A stretch of 64,000 bases of DNA, from contig CALDEU010000060.1 of NCBI GenBank assembly GCA_937942395.1, positions 34,699-98,698 on the forward strand, read 5' to 3'. The notes beneath the pieces are model-generated. The model was given only the letters and a program-made list of their open reading frames with translations, was not told where the DNA came from and did not search any database. The position numbers were made by a program, and so were the translations under genes. This DNA is from an uncultured Collinsella sp. GTDB taxonomy: Bacteria; Actinomycetota; Coriobacteriia; Coriobacteriales; Coriobacteriaceae. Positions within the stretch are counted from its first letter, which is position 1; every line of letters begins with the position of its first letter. Shown in pieces: positions 16,914-26,644 of this stretch.

Positions 16914-19508
16914 TTGAAGCTCATCATCGCCGAGAAAAACGACGCCGCGCGTCAGATCGCCGAGCGGCTGTCCACGGGTAAGCCTAAAAAGGACAAGGTG
17001 TACAACACCGCCATCTACCGTTTTGAGTGGAAGGGCGAGGAGTGCGTGACGATCGGTCTTGCCGGTCACATCCTTGCGCCCGATTTTTGCGACAGCGTGC
17101 TGTTCGATAAAAAGCTGGGTTGGTATTCGGTGACCGAGGACGGTGAGATGCTGCCGGCCGATATGCCCGATGGCCTGGCCCGCCCGCCGTACGACACCAA
17201 GCGCAAGCCGTTCCTTGCCGACGGCATTTCCATTAAGGGCTGGAAGCTCGAGAGCCTGCCTTATCTCACCTGGGCACCCGTCATTAAGCTACCGGCCGAG
17301 AAGGAGCTCATTCGTTCGCTCAAGAACCTGGCTAAGAAGTCCGACAGCGTCATCATCGCCACGGACTTTGACCGCGAGGGCGAGCTGATCGGTTCGGACG
17401 CCCTCAACAAGGTGCGTGAGGTGGCGCCCGACTTGCCGGTTGCCCGCGCCCAATACTCTTCGTTTACCAAGGCCGAGATCACGCACGCCTTCGATAATCT
17501 CGTCTCACTCGACCAGAACCTGGCCGACGCCGGCGAGAGCCGCCAGCACATCGACCTCATTTGGGGCGCGGTGCTCACGCGCTATCTGACGCTCGCCAAG
17601 TTCGGCGGCTTTGGTAACGTGCGCTCTGCCGGCCGCGTGCAGACGCCGACGCTCGCCCTGGTGGTCGAGCGCGAGCGCGAGCGCATGGCGTTTGTGCCCG
17701 AGGACTATTGGCAGATTCGCGGCATGGGTGCCGCGCAGGGCGCCGCCGAGGACGACCGCTTTAAGATTGCACACAAGACGGCGCGTTTTACCGACAAGGA
17801 TGCTGCCGAGACGGCGTACGGCCATGTCGACGGTGTCGCGACGGCGACCGTTGCCGCGGTGACCAAGCGCTCGCGTAAGCAGCAGCCGCCCACGCCGTTT
17901 GCGACGACCTCGCTGCAGGCTGCCGCCGCGGCCGAGGGCATCTCGCCTGCGCGTACGATGCGCATCGCCGAGTCCCTCTACATGGCCGGTCTCATCAGCT
18001 ACCCGCGTGTCGACAATACCGTGTACCCTGCGACGCTCGATCTGGGCGCCGTGGTGAGCGATCTGGCAAAGATCAACCCGGCGCTGGCGCCGGTGTGCAA
18101 AAAGGTGCTCGCCGGTCCCATGAAGCCCACGCGCGGCAAGGTCGAGACCACCGATCACCCGCCGATCTATCCCACCGGCGAGGGCGATCCGTCCACGCTC
18201 GACGGCGGCCAGCGCAAGCTCTACGACCTCATTACCCGTCGCTTCCTGGCGACGCTCATGGGTCCCGCGACCATCGAGAACACCAAGCTCGAGCTCGACG
18301 TGAACGGCGAGCCGTTCGTGGCCTCGGGCGATGTGCTCGTGACCCCGGGTTTCCGCGAGGCCTACCCGTATGGCCTTAAACGCGACGAGCAGATGCCGCC
18401 GCTGGAGCAGGGCGATACGGTCGACGTGTTCGACATTAAGCTCGAAGCCAAGCAGACCGAGCCGCCCGCGCGCTACAGCCAGGGCAAGCTCGTGCAGGAG
18501 ATGGAGAAGCGCGGCCTGGGTACCAAGTCCACGCGTGCGAGCATCATCGAGCGCCTGTATGCCGTGCGCTATCTCAAAAATGATCCCGTTGAGCCGAGCC
18601 AGCTGGGCATCGCCATCATCGACGCGCTGACGCAGTTTGCCCCGCGCATCACGAGCCCCGATATGACCAGCGAGCTCGATGGCGATATGACCCGTGTGGA
18701 GCGCGGCGAGGATACCGAAGAGCATGTCGTGACGCACTCGCGCGCGCTGCTGGCCGGCGTGCTCGACGAGCTGCTCAAGCACACGCAGGAGCTGGGCGAC
18801 GCCATCAGCGACGCCGTCACGGCCGATGCGCGCGTGGGCGCCTGCCCCAAGTGCGGCAAGGACCTGGTTATGAAGACGAGCGCCAAGACCCGCGGCAGCT
18901 TTATCGGCTGCATGGGCTGGCCCGACTGCGACGTGACCTATCCGGTGCCGAGCGGCGTCAAGGTGAGCCCGCTCGAGGGCGAGGCCGCCGTGTGCCCCGA
19001 GTGCGGTGCACCGCGCATTAAATGCCAGCCGTTCCGCCAGAAGGCCTTCGAGATTTGCGTGAACCCCACGTGCCCCACCAACTACGAGCCCGACCTTAAG
19101 GTGGGCGAGTGCAAGGTGTGCGCCGAGGCAGGACGCCATGGCGATCTGATCGCGCACAAGAGCGAGAAGAGCGGCAAGCGCTTTATCCGCTGCACCAACT
19201 ATGACGATTGCGGCGTGAGCTATCCGCTGCCGGCGCGCGGCAAGCTCGAGGCGACGGGCGAGACCTGTCCCGAGTGCGGCGCTCCCATCGTGGTGGTCAA
19301 CACAGCGCGCGGCCCGTGGCGTATCTGCGTCAACATGGACTGCCCGACCAAGGAGAAGAAGCCCGCCCGCGGCCGCAAGACCACGACCAAGGCGAGCACG
19401 ACGAAGAAGACTTCGACGGCAAAGAAGGCCACGGCTAAGAAAGCCACTGCCGCCAAGAAGTCGACCGCGAAGAAGTCGACTGCCAAGAAAGCAGCCGCTG
19501 ACAAGTAA
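16914..19508 (+). CDS. topA: Type IA DNA topoisomerase (TTG start) with four C-terminal zinc ribbons and a Lys/Ala/Thr-rich basic tail.
   Basis: TOPRIM N-terminus (KLIIAEKNDAARQIA), catalytic-domain motifs, four CxxC...CxxC modules, and a tail of (S/A)TAKK repeats. Confidence 0.85.
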   Translation: MKLIIAEKNDAARQIAERLSTGKPKKDKVYNTAIYRFEWKGEECVTIGLAGHILAPDFCDSVLFDKKLGWYSVTEDGEMLPADMPDGLARPPYDTKRKPFLADGISIKGWKLESLPYLTWAPVIKLPAEKELIRSLKNLAKKSDSVIIATDFDREGELIGSDALNKVREVAPDLPVARAQYSSFTKAEITHAFDNLVSLDQNLADAGESRQHIDLIWGAVLTRYLTLAKFGGFGNVRSAGRVQTPTLALVVERERERMAFVPEDYWQIRGMGAAQGAAEDDRFKIAHKTARFTDKDAAETAYGHVDGVATATVAAVTKRSRKQQPPTPFATTSLQAAAAAEGISPARTMRIAESLYMAGLISYPRVDNTVYPATLDLGAVVSDLAKINPALAPVCKKVLAGPMKPTRGKVETTDHPPIYPTGEGDPSTLDGGQRKLYDLITRRFLATLMGPATIENTKLELDVNGEPFVASGDVLVTPGFREAYPYGLKRDEQMPPLEQGDTVDVFDIKLEAKQTEPPARYSQGKLVQEMEKRGLGTKSTRASIIERLYAVRYLKNDPVEPSQLGIAIIDALTQFAPRITSPDMTSELDGDMTRVERGEDTEEHVVTHSRALLAGVLDELLKHTQELGDAISDAVTADARVGACPKCGKDLVMKTSAKTRGSFIGCMGWPDCDVTYPVPSGVKVSPLEGEAAVCPECGAPRIKCQPFRQKAFEICVNPTCPTNYEPDLKVGECKVCAEAGRHGDLIAHKSEKSGKRFIRCTNYDDCGVSYPLPARGKLEATGETCPECGAPIVVVNTARGPWRICVNMDCPTKEKKPARGRKTTTKASTTKKTSTAKKATAKKATAAKKSTAKKSTAKKAAADK

Positions 19509-19540
19509 CCGAGCACATAACCGAGCACATATAGACACGG

Positions 19541-19580
19541 CGGGGCCGGGCGCGCAAATGCAAATGCGCGCCCGGCCCCA
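19541..19580 (+). terminator. Rho-independent terminator after topA.
   Basis: Hairpin GGGGCCGGGCGCGC-AAATGCAAAT-GCGCGCCCGGCCCC. Confidence 0.55.
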
Positions 19581-19586
19581 CTTCTA

Positions 19587-19654
19587 AGTTGCGGTGAAAT
19601 AGGGACTGTTTTTGCTGGCAAAAGGCCTAATTGATCCCTATTTCACCGCAAGTT
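19587..19654. repeat. Family-A palindromic repeat, copy 1: AAGTTGCGGTGAAATAGGGA...TCCCTATTTCACCGCAAGTT, ~18-bp arms and ~28-nt loop.
   Basis: Seen directly. Related copies at 21975-22042 and 62069-62137. Confidence 0.65.
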
Positions 19655-19671
19655 ATGATCAGTTGTTGGGA

Positions 19672-20718
19672 TTACTTCACTTCGACGGGTGCAGCGCCGG
19701 GGTAGCGGTCCTCAAAGTCCAGACGGTATTTGTTGTCGTTGGTGCCCGCTACGTTGTCGCGCGCCAGCGGTGCCACGATCTCGTCCTTGTGGTTGGCGGG
19801 GCTGGAGTACTCAAGGCTGATCTCCCAGGCATCGCAAATGACGTCAATGCGATTCTCCAGGTCGTCGTAGAGCGCGATGATGTCTTTCCACGAGCTGTAG
19901 TTCTGCGAGTCGATGGGAACGTCCAGGTCCTCGACCTCGTCCTTGAGGTCGTCGATCTGATCCTCGAGCGCCTCGGCGGCATCGCTGGCCGACTGACGCG
20001 AGCTTCGGTCATCCTTAAGGTAATACGTGTTAAACGTGGTGGCGCAGTCGCGAACCTGCTGATCAAGATCGGAGAGCCTGCTGTAGTAGGAGCTCAGCTG
20101 GTCGTAGACGTTTTGCTCGCTGATGGTGGCGGCATCGTGGACGTCATCGTCATCATCATCGTCAAGCTTGTTGGGGTCGCCCTTGACGGACGCATCGTCG
20201 TTATCGTGGTCGATCTTGACCTTCTCGATCGTCGTGCCCTTGGTATCATCGGCGCCCTTGTCGAAAGGCTTGATCATAAAGAACACGACGAGCGCGATAA
20301 TCACGACGATTAGCGCGGCGATGATGCCGATGAGCAGGGCGTTGTTGTTTTTGGGAGCAGCGGGGGCGCCGGCCTGCGGAGCGGCGGTCGGTATGGGCTG
20401 CTGCGGCGCGGAGCCGGCTGGCGCCGCCCATTGCTGCGTCGTGCCAACTTCGGGCTGGGGAGCGGGCGCGGGCTGATGAGCGGACTGCACGGTCACGTCC
20501 GCCTGCTGGGACTGAGTCGCCGCGGGCTGCTGCGCAGACTGAACCGTGGTCGCGGCGGTGTCGAAGGCGGCATCGGACGCGGCGACATGTTCGGCTGCCT
20601 GCGCATTCTCTTGCGACTGAGAGGCCTGGCCATCATCGGTTACCGGCGTTCCGCAGCTGGTGCAAAAACGCTCGTCGTCTTTCAGAAGCTTGCCGCAATG
20701 GGTACAAAACCGGGGCAT
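19672..20718 (-). CDS. Zinc-ribbon membrane protein: N-terminal CxxC-x-CxxC ribbon, Gln/Ala/Pro-rich linker, one TM helix, acidic extracytoplasmic domain.
   Basis: MPRFCTHCG...CTSCG ribbon; hydrophobic segment LLIGIIAALIVVIIALVVFFMI. GGAAGGA RBS before ATG 20718. Confidence 0.65.
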   Translation of the reverse strand: MPRFCTHCGKLLKDDERFCTSCGTPVTDDGQASQSQENAQAAEHVAASDAAFDTAATTVQSAQQPAATQSQQADVTVQSAHQPAPAPQPEVGTTQQWAAPAGSAPQQPIPTAAPQAGAPAAPKNNNALLIGIIAALIVVIIALVVFFMIKPFDKGADDTKGTTIEKVKIDHDNDDASVKGDPNKLDDDDDDDVHDAATISEQNVYDQLSSYYSRLSDLDQQVRDCATTFNTYYLKDDRSSRQSASDAAEALEDQIDDLKDEVEDLDVPIDSQNYSSWKDIIALYDDLENRIDVICDAWEISLEYSSPANHKDEIVAPLARDNVAGTNDNKYRLDFEDRYPGAAPVEVK

Positions 20719-21036
20719 GATGGTTCCTTCCATTCGATGTGTTGGCTAGATTATAAGGTGGTTCAGGTGCGGTTGGGCCGCGCCGACCCAACTGGTTATG
20801 TGAGGATGATCATGTCGCGCAAGCCCTGTCGCATGCGTCACAATGAGTGCGGCGTGCTGGGTGTCCGGCGCGGCCGTTTATCGACGGCTCGGTAGAATGC
20901 GATGGTGGGGAGTGAGTCTGTGTACTGCGGCGAGCAAGGTCGGGGTGGCGGCGACAGCGTAGAGGCGTTCCGGTTCCCGCCGGGGGATGCGCCCCTCGCT
21001 GTGCGCGATTGCTCGCGTCGAGTGTTTTGTGCCGGA

Positions 21037-21975
21037 ATGTTGACCGGAGCGCTTGCCTCGGTGATGAGTCTTGGCGGTTGTGCCGCGCGCCGCAACGAGG
21101 CTGAGGGTTCCGCTGTCTCTGTCAAACAAACGTCAAAGCGGTCATCCGCGACAAAAGCGACGGCCGCCCCTAAGTCTTCTTGGATTGCCGCCATTCAGCA
21201 AGATATCGAGGCCCTGGTCGAGCCGTATGGCGACTCCGTCTCGGTTTACTCCGTGGCGCTTGATCCTCAAACGTTCGCGTCGCTCGATGGTGAAGTCGCT
21301 GTGGCGCCGGACGCGCGACATGTGGCGGCAAGCATCATCAAGCTTCCCATTCTCGCTTGTGCGCTCGAGACCGTGACGGCGGGCGGGCTGTCCCTCGACG
21401 AGCAGATAACGGTAACGCAGCAGGATATCGTGGGTGGCAGCGGCAACATTCAGTCGCGCGGCGCGGGTGTGTCGTACAGTATTGACGAGCTGCTGCACGC
21501 TATGATCGCCCAGAGCGATAACGTGGCAGCGAACCTTGTTATCGGCAGGCTTGGCATGGATACGGTCAACGAAACGTGCGCCGCATTGGGACTGACCCAG
21601 ACCGTGCTCGCTCGTTTGATGATGGACACCGAGGCCCAGGCACAAGGTCGCGAGAACTATACGAGCGCCCGTGATGCTGCGGCTGTGTTGCAACGGCTGG
21701 CGGCGGGGACAATCGCGACGCCCGAGCTGTGCGAGCGAGCGCGCGGATATCTGCTGGCGCAGGAAGACGCACGCGGTATTGTCGAAGGCGTTCCCGGCGG
21801 CGTTTTGGTCGCGCACAAAACGGGCAGCCTGGCGAATGCTCAGCACGATGCCGCAATCGTCTACGCCGAGCGCCCTTACGTGCTGGCAATCCTCACCCAA
21901 GACCTCGAACGCGAGCAGGCCCTAGCCCTCGAGCGCGATATTTCCTTCGCCATCAACGCCCGCGCCCACTCCTAA
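21037..21975 (+). CDS. Class A beta-lactamase-like serine hydrolase. Probable lipoprotein.
   Basis: Lipobox LGGC; S-x-x-K (SIIK), SDN and KTG motifs in the canonical order. Confidence 0.75.
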   Translation: MLTGALASVMSLGGCAARRNEAEGSAVSVKQTSKRSSATKATAAPKSSWIAAIQQDIEALVEPYGDSVSVYSVALDPQTFASLDGEVAVAPDARHVAASIIKLPILACALETVTAGGLSLDEQITVTQQDIVGGSGNIQSRGAGVSYSIDELLHAMIAQSDNVAANLVIGRLGMDTVNETCAALGLTQTVLARLMMDTEAQAQGRENYTSARDAAAVLQRLAAGTIATPELCERARGYLLAQEDARGIVEGVPGGVLVAHKTGSLANAQHDAAIVYAERPYVLAILTQDLEREQALALERDISFAINARAHS

Positions 21976-22042
21976 CTTGCGGTGAAATAGGGATTGTATT
22001 TGCTGCTAGAAGGCGTATTCAGTCCCTATTTCACCGCAACTT
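21975..22042. repeat. Family-A palindromic repeat, copy 2.
   Basis: AACTTGCGGTGAAATAGGGATTG...CAGTCCCTATTTCACCGCAACTT. Same orientation and loop-sequence similarity to copy 1. Confidence 0.65.
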
Positions 22043-22061
22043 TGGAAAGGCACCTTTAGCC

Positions 22062-22140
22062 GTTGGGGACGTTCTTAAACGACTAGTCATTAACGAACGT
22101 CCCCAACGACTAGTCATTTAAGAACGTCCCCAATGACTAG
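22062..22140. repeat. Family-B tandem repeat, locus 1: three head-to-tail ~27-bp units GACTAGTCATT-(T)AA(C/G)GAACGTCCCCAA.
   Basis: Seen directly. No spacers between units. Related loci at 48738-48923 and 62145-62172. Confidence 0.65.
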
Positions 22141-22229
22141 GTGGGATTTGGGGTGCGCCGGACGCTGGGGTATCATGGCTTGGTTGCTATAACTCGCATT
22201 TACGCGCCTTGTAGGAAGGGGCTGCGCCC

Positions 22230-22913
22230 ATGGCTTTTGAGCCCGCTCAACATAGCTTTATCACGCTCGAGGGCGTCGATGGCGCCGGCAAGTCCACGCA
22301 GGCGCGCCTGCTTGCCCGCGCGCTCGAGCTCGCTGGCTACCAGGTTGTGAGCCTGCGCGAGCCGGGCGGTACCGCCATCAGCGAAAAGATCCGTGCTCTG
22401 CTGCTCGACCCCGCCAACACGGCGATGGGTGACACCTGCGAGCTGCTGCTCTACGAGGCAGCGCGTGCCCAGCTGGTACACGAGGTCATCGCCCCCGCCC
22501 TTGCGGCCGGCAAGGTGGTCCTGTGCGACCGTTTCTACGATTCCACGACCTGCTATCAGGCGTTTGCCGATGGTCTCGACCGTCAGATGGTACGCGATGC
22601 CAACAACCTGGCTGTCGCCGGTACGCATCCGGCGCTCACGCTCGTCTACCACATCACACCCGAGCAGGCGGCGCTACGCATGGCAGCCCGTGGCGCGGCA
22701 GATCGCATGGAGGCAAAAGGCATGACCTTCCAAGAGCGCGTCTACCAGGGATTTTGCGCCATTGCCGCCGAGGAACCAAACCGCGTAAAGCTCATCGACG
22801 CGACCGCGACCGTCGAGGAAGTCTTTGAGAAGACGGTCGAGCTGGTTCGCGCGTACGGTCTCGACATTCCCCAAGATGTCGTCGCCGCCGCGCTTGCCCA
22901 GGAGGCTGAGTAA
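22230..22913 (+). CDS. tmk: Thymidylate kinase.
   Basis: P-loop LEGVDGAGKST, DRF/DRY motif and LID region. Confidence 0.9.
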   Translation: MAFEPAQHSFITLEGVDGAGKSTQARLLARALELAGYQVVSLREPGGTAISEKIRALLLDPANTAMGDTCELLLYEAARAQLVHEVIAPALAAGKVVLCDRFYDSTTCYQAFADGLDRQMVRDANNLAVAGTHPALTLVYHITPEQAALRMAARGAADRMEAKGMTFQERVYQGFCAIAAEEPNRVKLIDATATVEEVFEKTVELVRAYGLDIPQDVVAAALAQEAE

Positions 22914-22915
22914 CA

Positions 22916-24042
22916 TGGCCCCCGCGCAGACAAGCCTGCTGGCCAAGCTCGACACCCAACAGCGCGTGCGCGACTTTTTGACCAACGCCATCGCAAGCGG
23001 CCGCGCATCGCACGCCTACCTGTTCTTGGGCGCGCCCGGCGCCGGTAAGCTTGACGCCGCATGGGCGCTTGCCCAGGCATTCCTGTGCGAGCGGGACGGC
23101 TGTGGCTCGTGCGACAGCTGCGTGCGCGTCACCCGCCATACGCATCCCGACGTGCACTATTACACGCCCGAAAGTGCTACGGGCTACCTCATCGCGCAGA
23201 CCCGCGAGCTGCTCGACGACGTGCCCCTGGCGCCCATCCGCGCCAAGGCAAAGGTCTACATCATCGACCGTGCCGAGCAGCTGCGCGCCAACACCGCCAA
23301 CGCGCTGCTCAAAACGCTCGAGGAACCGCCCGAGGGCGTCATGTTCATCCTGTTGGGCACCTCGGCCGACGTGATGCTGCCCACCATTGTGAGCCGCTGC
23401 CAGTGCGTGCCGTTTCGGCTGGTGTCGCCTACTGTGGCCGCGCAGGCCGTGAGCCGCGCCACCGGTCAGGATCCCGCGCGCTGCCGCATGGCCGTCGCTG
23501 TGGCGGGAAGCCCCACGCGTGGTATCGAGTTCCTCAAGAGCGCCGAGCGCCAGGACGCCCGTCGCCAGATGGTCCGTGCCATCGACTCGCTCATCGCCGC
23601 CGACGAGGCCGATGTGCTCAGTCGCGCCAAGTCGCTCATCGTCGCCGTCAAGGCGCCGCTCGCCGAGGTCAAGTCCACGCAGGAAAAGGTGCTCGAGCAA
23701 AATGCCGACTACCTGTCGCGTGGAGCATTGAAGCAGCTTGAGGACCGCAACAAGCGCGAACTCAACGCGCGCGAGCGTTCGGGTATCATGGAAGCGCTGG
23801 CGAGCGCGCGGACGCTCATGCGCGACGTGCTGCTGACGCTTCAGGATGAGGCGGCAGACGTTGTGAACGAGGACGTGCGCGACACGATCGGGCGGCTTGC
23901 CGCCGCGACCAATGTTGCGGGTGCCACCCGGGCGCTCGAGGCGGTTACCACTGCTGAGCGCAACATCGCCAGAAACGTTACTCCCCAGCTGGCCATCGAG
24001 GTCATGCTGTTCGATATCAGGAAGGCACTGAAATGCCGTTAG
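22916..24042 (+). CDS. holB: DNA polymerase III delta' subunit.
   Basis: AYLFLGAPGAGK P-loop-like motif and CxxCxxC zinc module (CGSCDSC). Immediately follows tmk, the conserved order. Confidence 0.85.
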
Positions 24043-25733
24043 TCGTACCCGTTAAGTTTACCTACGCCTCGCGCGACCTGTGGTTCGACCCACAGGATCT
24101 GGATATCCTCGAGGCCGATTATGCCATTTGTTCTACCGAGCGCGGAACCGAGATCGGCCTGGTCACGGCCGATCCCTTCGAGGTGCCGCAAGACGAGATC
24201 GGTCAGCCACTCAAGCCCGTGCTGCGCGTGGCGAGCGACATCGACCTGCAGCTTGCCGACGACCTGGCTATCCAGGGTGACGAGGCCATGGTCGACTTCC
24301 GCCGTCTGGTCAAGGAGCTCGACCTCGAGATGAAGCCGGTCGGCGTCGAGTACCTGTTTGGCGGCGAGAAGGCCGTGTTTTACTTTGCTGCCGAGGAGCG
24401 CGTTGATTTCCGCCAGCTCGTCAAGGACCTCTCCTCGACGCTGCACATTCGCGTCGACATGCGCCAGATCGGCGTGCGTGACGAGACCCGCCTGGTGGGC
24501 GGCTATGCCCAGTGCGGCCAGGAGCTCTGCTGCACGCGCTTTGGCGGACAGTTTGAGCCGGTTTCGATCCGCATGGCAAAAGAGCAGGACCTGCCGCTCA
24601 ATTCGTCCAAAATTAGCGGCGTCTGCGGCCGCCTGATGTGCTGCCTGCGCTACGAGTTTGAGGCGTACAAGGACTTTAAGAGCCGCGCGCCCAAAAAGAA
24701 GACGCTTATCGATACGCCGCTTGGCAAGGCGCGTATCCAGGAATATGACACGCCGCGCGAGCAGCTGGTGTTGCGCCTGGAGAACGGCAAAGTCTTTAAG
24801 GTCAACCTGGCTGACATGACCTGCTCTGAGGGCTGCAAAAAGAAGGCCGCCGAGCAGGGCTGCAACTGCCGCCCCGACTGCGTGACGCGCGATGTGCTCG
24901 AGCGTATCGAGTCGCCCGAGATGCGCTTGGCGCTTATGGAGCTCGACCGCGAGAATGGCGTCGACGTGGGCGATGGCCTGTCGAGCGCCGACCGTCTGGC
25001 GGGGACGACGATGCCCAAGCGCCGCCGTCGCGATGCGGACGCCGATGCCCGTGCCGGTCAGAGCCAGGGCGAGGGTCGCGGCCGCGGTAAGGGTCGCGGC
25101 AAGGCCGAGGCACCCGAGGCTGAGGAGGCTGCCGGTGGACGTCGCCGTCGCAAGCGCTCGGGTTCGGGCGATGTAGGCGAGGCCGCTCCCGCAGGCAAGA
25201 ATTCCCCCCGCGAGCGCGAGGCTCAGCAGCCCCAGCAGCAAAACCGCGGCGGTGGCATGAATCCCACGCGCCGTCGCCGCCGCCATTTGTCGAGCGAGGA
25301 GCGCGAGGACGCCTTCCGCGCCGCAGCCGCTCGCGAAGCCGGTGCCGCCCCCAAGGGTGGTTCGGGTTCCGATACGCCTGCCGACAAGGGTGGCAAGCAG
25401 CGCAACGATGACGAGCGCGTCCCGCGTCCGCGTCGTCGCCATTCCTCGGGCACGCAGCAAAAGCCCTCGGTGCCCTCCGTGGCCGATCAGGTCTCGGATG
25501 GCGAGGTCAAGGTCACGCGCCGTCGCCCCGGAGATGGCGGAGGGGCAGCTGCCAAGGCCGTGCGCGGTGCTGCTCGCGACGAACGCGAGTCGCGCGAAGA
25601 TCGTGGTGGCGAGGGTTCGGCCGACCAGGGCCAGAAGCGCCGTCGCCGTCGCCGTTCCCGCAAGCCGCGTCAAGATGGCGGTGAGGGCTCGACCCAAAAC
25701 TCGTCCGCACCGCAACCGCCCACCGGCGAATAG
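24033..25733 (+). CDS. ricT: PSP1-domain protein RicT/YaaT with a ~270-aa Arg/Gly/Glu-rich disordered C-terminal extension.
   Basis: PSP1 C-terminal domain with conserved Cys cluster (CCTRFGG...CGRLMCCLRYE). Overlaps the holB stop, as in yaaT-holB neighbourhoods. Confidence 0.8.
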   Translation: MPLVVPVKFTYASRDLWFDPQDLDILEADYAICSTERGTEIGLVTADPFEVPQDEIGQPLKPVLRVASDIDLQLADDLAIQGDEAMVDFRRLVKELDLEMKPVGVEYLFGGEKAVFYFAAEERVDFRQLVKDLSSTLHIRVDMRQIGVRDETRLVGGYAQCGQELCCTRFGGQFEPVSIRMAKEQDLPLNSSKISGVCGRLMCCLRYEFEAYKDFKSRAPKKKTLIDTPLGKARIQEYDTPREQLVLRLENGKVFKVNLADMTCSEGCKKKAAEQGCNCRPDCVTRDVLERIESPEMRLALMELDRENGVDVGDGLSSADRLAGTTMPKRRRRDADADARAGQSQGEGRGRGKGRGKAEAPEAEEAAGGRRRRKRSGSGDVGEAAPAGKNSPREREAQQPQQQNRGGGMNPTRRRRRHLSSEEREDAFRAAAAREAGAAPKGGSGSDTPADKGGKQRNDDERVPRPRRRHSSGTQQKPSVPSVADQVSDGEVKVTRRRPGDGGGAAAKAVRGAARDERESREDRGGEGSADQGQKRRRRRRSRKPRQDGGEGSTQNSSAPQPPTGE

Positions 25734-25835
25734 CGCCCGCAAACGGATTTAACCTGCCTGACCCCAAACGCGTCGGGGTACCATAGCGCTGAATCAACGA
25801 CCCTCCCTGCGACCGAGCGTAGGGAGGGTTGTGTC

Positions 25836-26642
25836 GTGAAGAGACATTTGAATGTGTTGGGATGCCTGCAAGGTGCCGGCATCCTACCGTTTGCGGACGA
25901 ATTGCTACCGTTTGCCGAGCAGGCGGCGCACGAGGCGCTTGAGGCGTTGTCACCCACGCGATGTGCCGGCTGCGAGCGCGCCGGTGCGCTTATTTGCCAA
26001 GACTGCCTGGCCGCGCTTGCGCTCATCGACCCGCGGCATAGCTGCACTCGATGCGGCGCCCCGTTTGGAGACTTGCTGTGCACCGAGTGCTCGGTCGAGG
26101 GTACGTCCTCGGCGATGGCCGAAGCACTCGACCGGTGCCTGGCATGTGCCGTTTACACGCATCCGCTCCCGAGGATCATTAAAGCGTACAAAGACGCGGG
26201 CGAGCGACGCCTGGCGCCGTATCTGGCAGAGCTGCTATACGACACCGCCTTGTATGCCCAGGTCGCGGCACCCGAACGCTTAGGCGGTGTGTTGTCCGGC
26301 GCCGATGCAGTGGTGTTTGTGCCCGCGACGGCGGCGGCGTTTCGGCGACGCGGCTTCGATCATATGGAAGCCATCGCGCGCCCATTTTGCGAGCTGTCGG
26401 GTGTTCCGCTGCTCGACGCCCTCGTTAAGTACGGCCATGGCGACCAGCGTGAACTCGGTCGTGAAGAACGCCGTGAACGCGCCCGAGGCATGTACGAGAC
26501 CGTTGAGGACGTGCGGGGCCGCCGCCTGCTGCTTATCGACGACGTTATCACCACGGGTGCGACGATGGCTGCGGCTTCGGCGGAACTCAAGCGCGCCGGT
26601 GCTGCGGCCGTTGATGGCCTCGCTATCGCACGCGTCTGGTAG
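25836..26642 (+). CDS. comFC: ComF-family protein: double zinc ribbon plus phosphoribosyltransferase domain. GTG start.
   Basis: CxxC...CxxC ribbons and PRTase motif LLIDDVITTGATM. GGGAGG RBS upstream of GTG 25836. Confidence 0.8.
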   Translation: MKRHLNVLGCLQGAGILPFADELLPFAEQAAHEALEALSPTRCAGCERAGALICQDCLAALALIDPRHSCTRCGAPFGDLLCTECSVEGTSSAMAEALDRCLACAVYTHPLPRIIKAYKDAGERRLAPYLAELLYDTALYAQVAAPERLGGVLSGADAVVFVPATAAAFRRRGFDHMEAIARPFCELSGVPLLDALVKYGHGDQRELGREERRERARGMYETVEDVRGRRLLLIDDVITTGATMAAASAELKRAGAAAVDGLAIARVW

Positions 26643-26644
26643 GG

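Noticed and set aside
19587-22042. Family-A hairpins as integron attC sites bounding gene cassettes.
   Set aside because: No integrase or attI. The two bracketed genes are on opposite strands. The ends do not fit the RYYYAAC...GTTRRRY core.
22062-22140. Family-B repeats as a possible CRISPR array.
   Set aside because: Units are contiguous with no unique spacers, are partly inverted relative to one another, and no cas genes are nearby.
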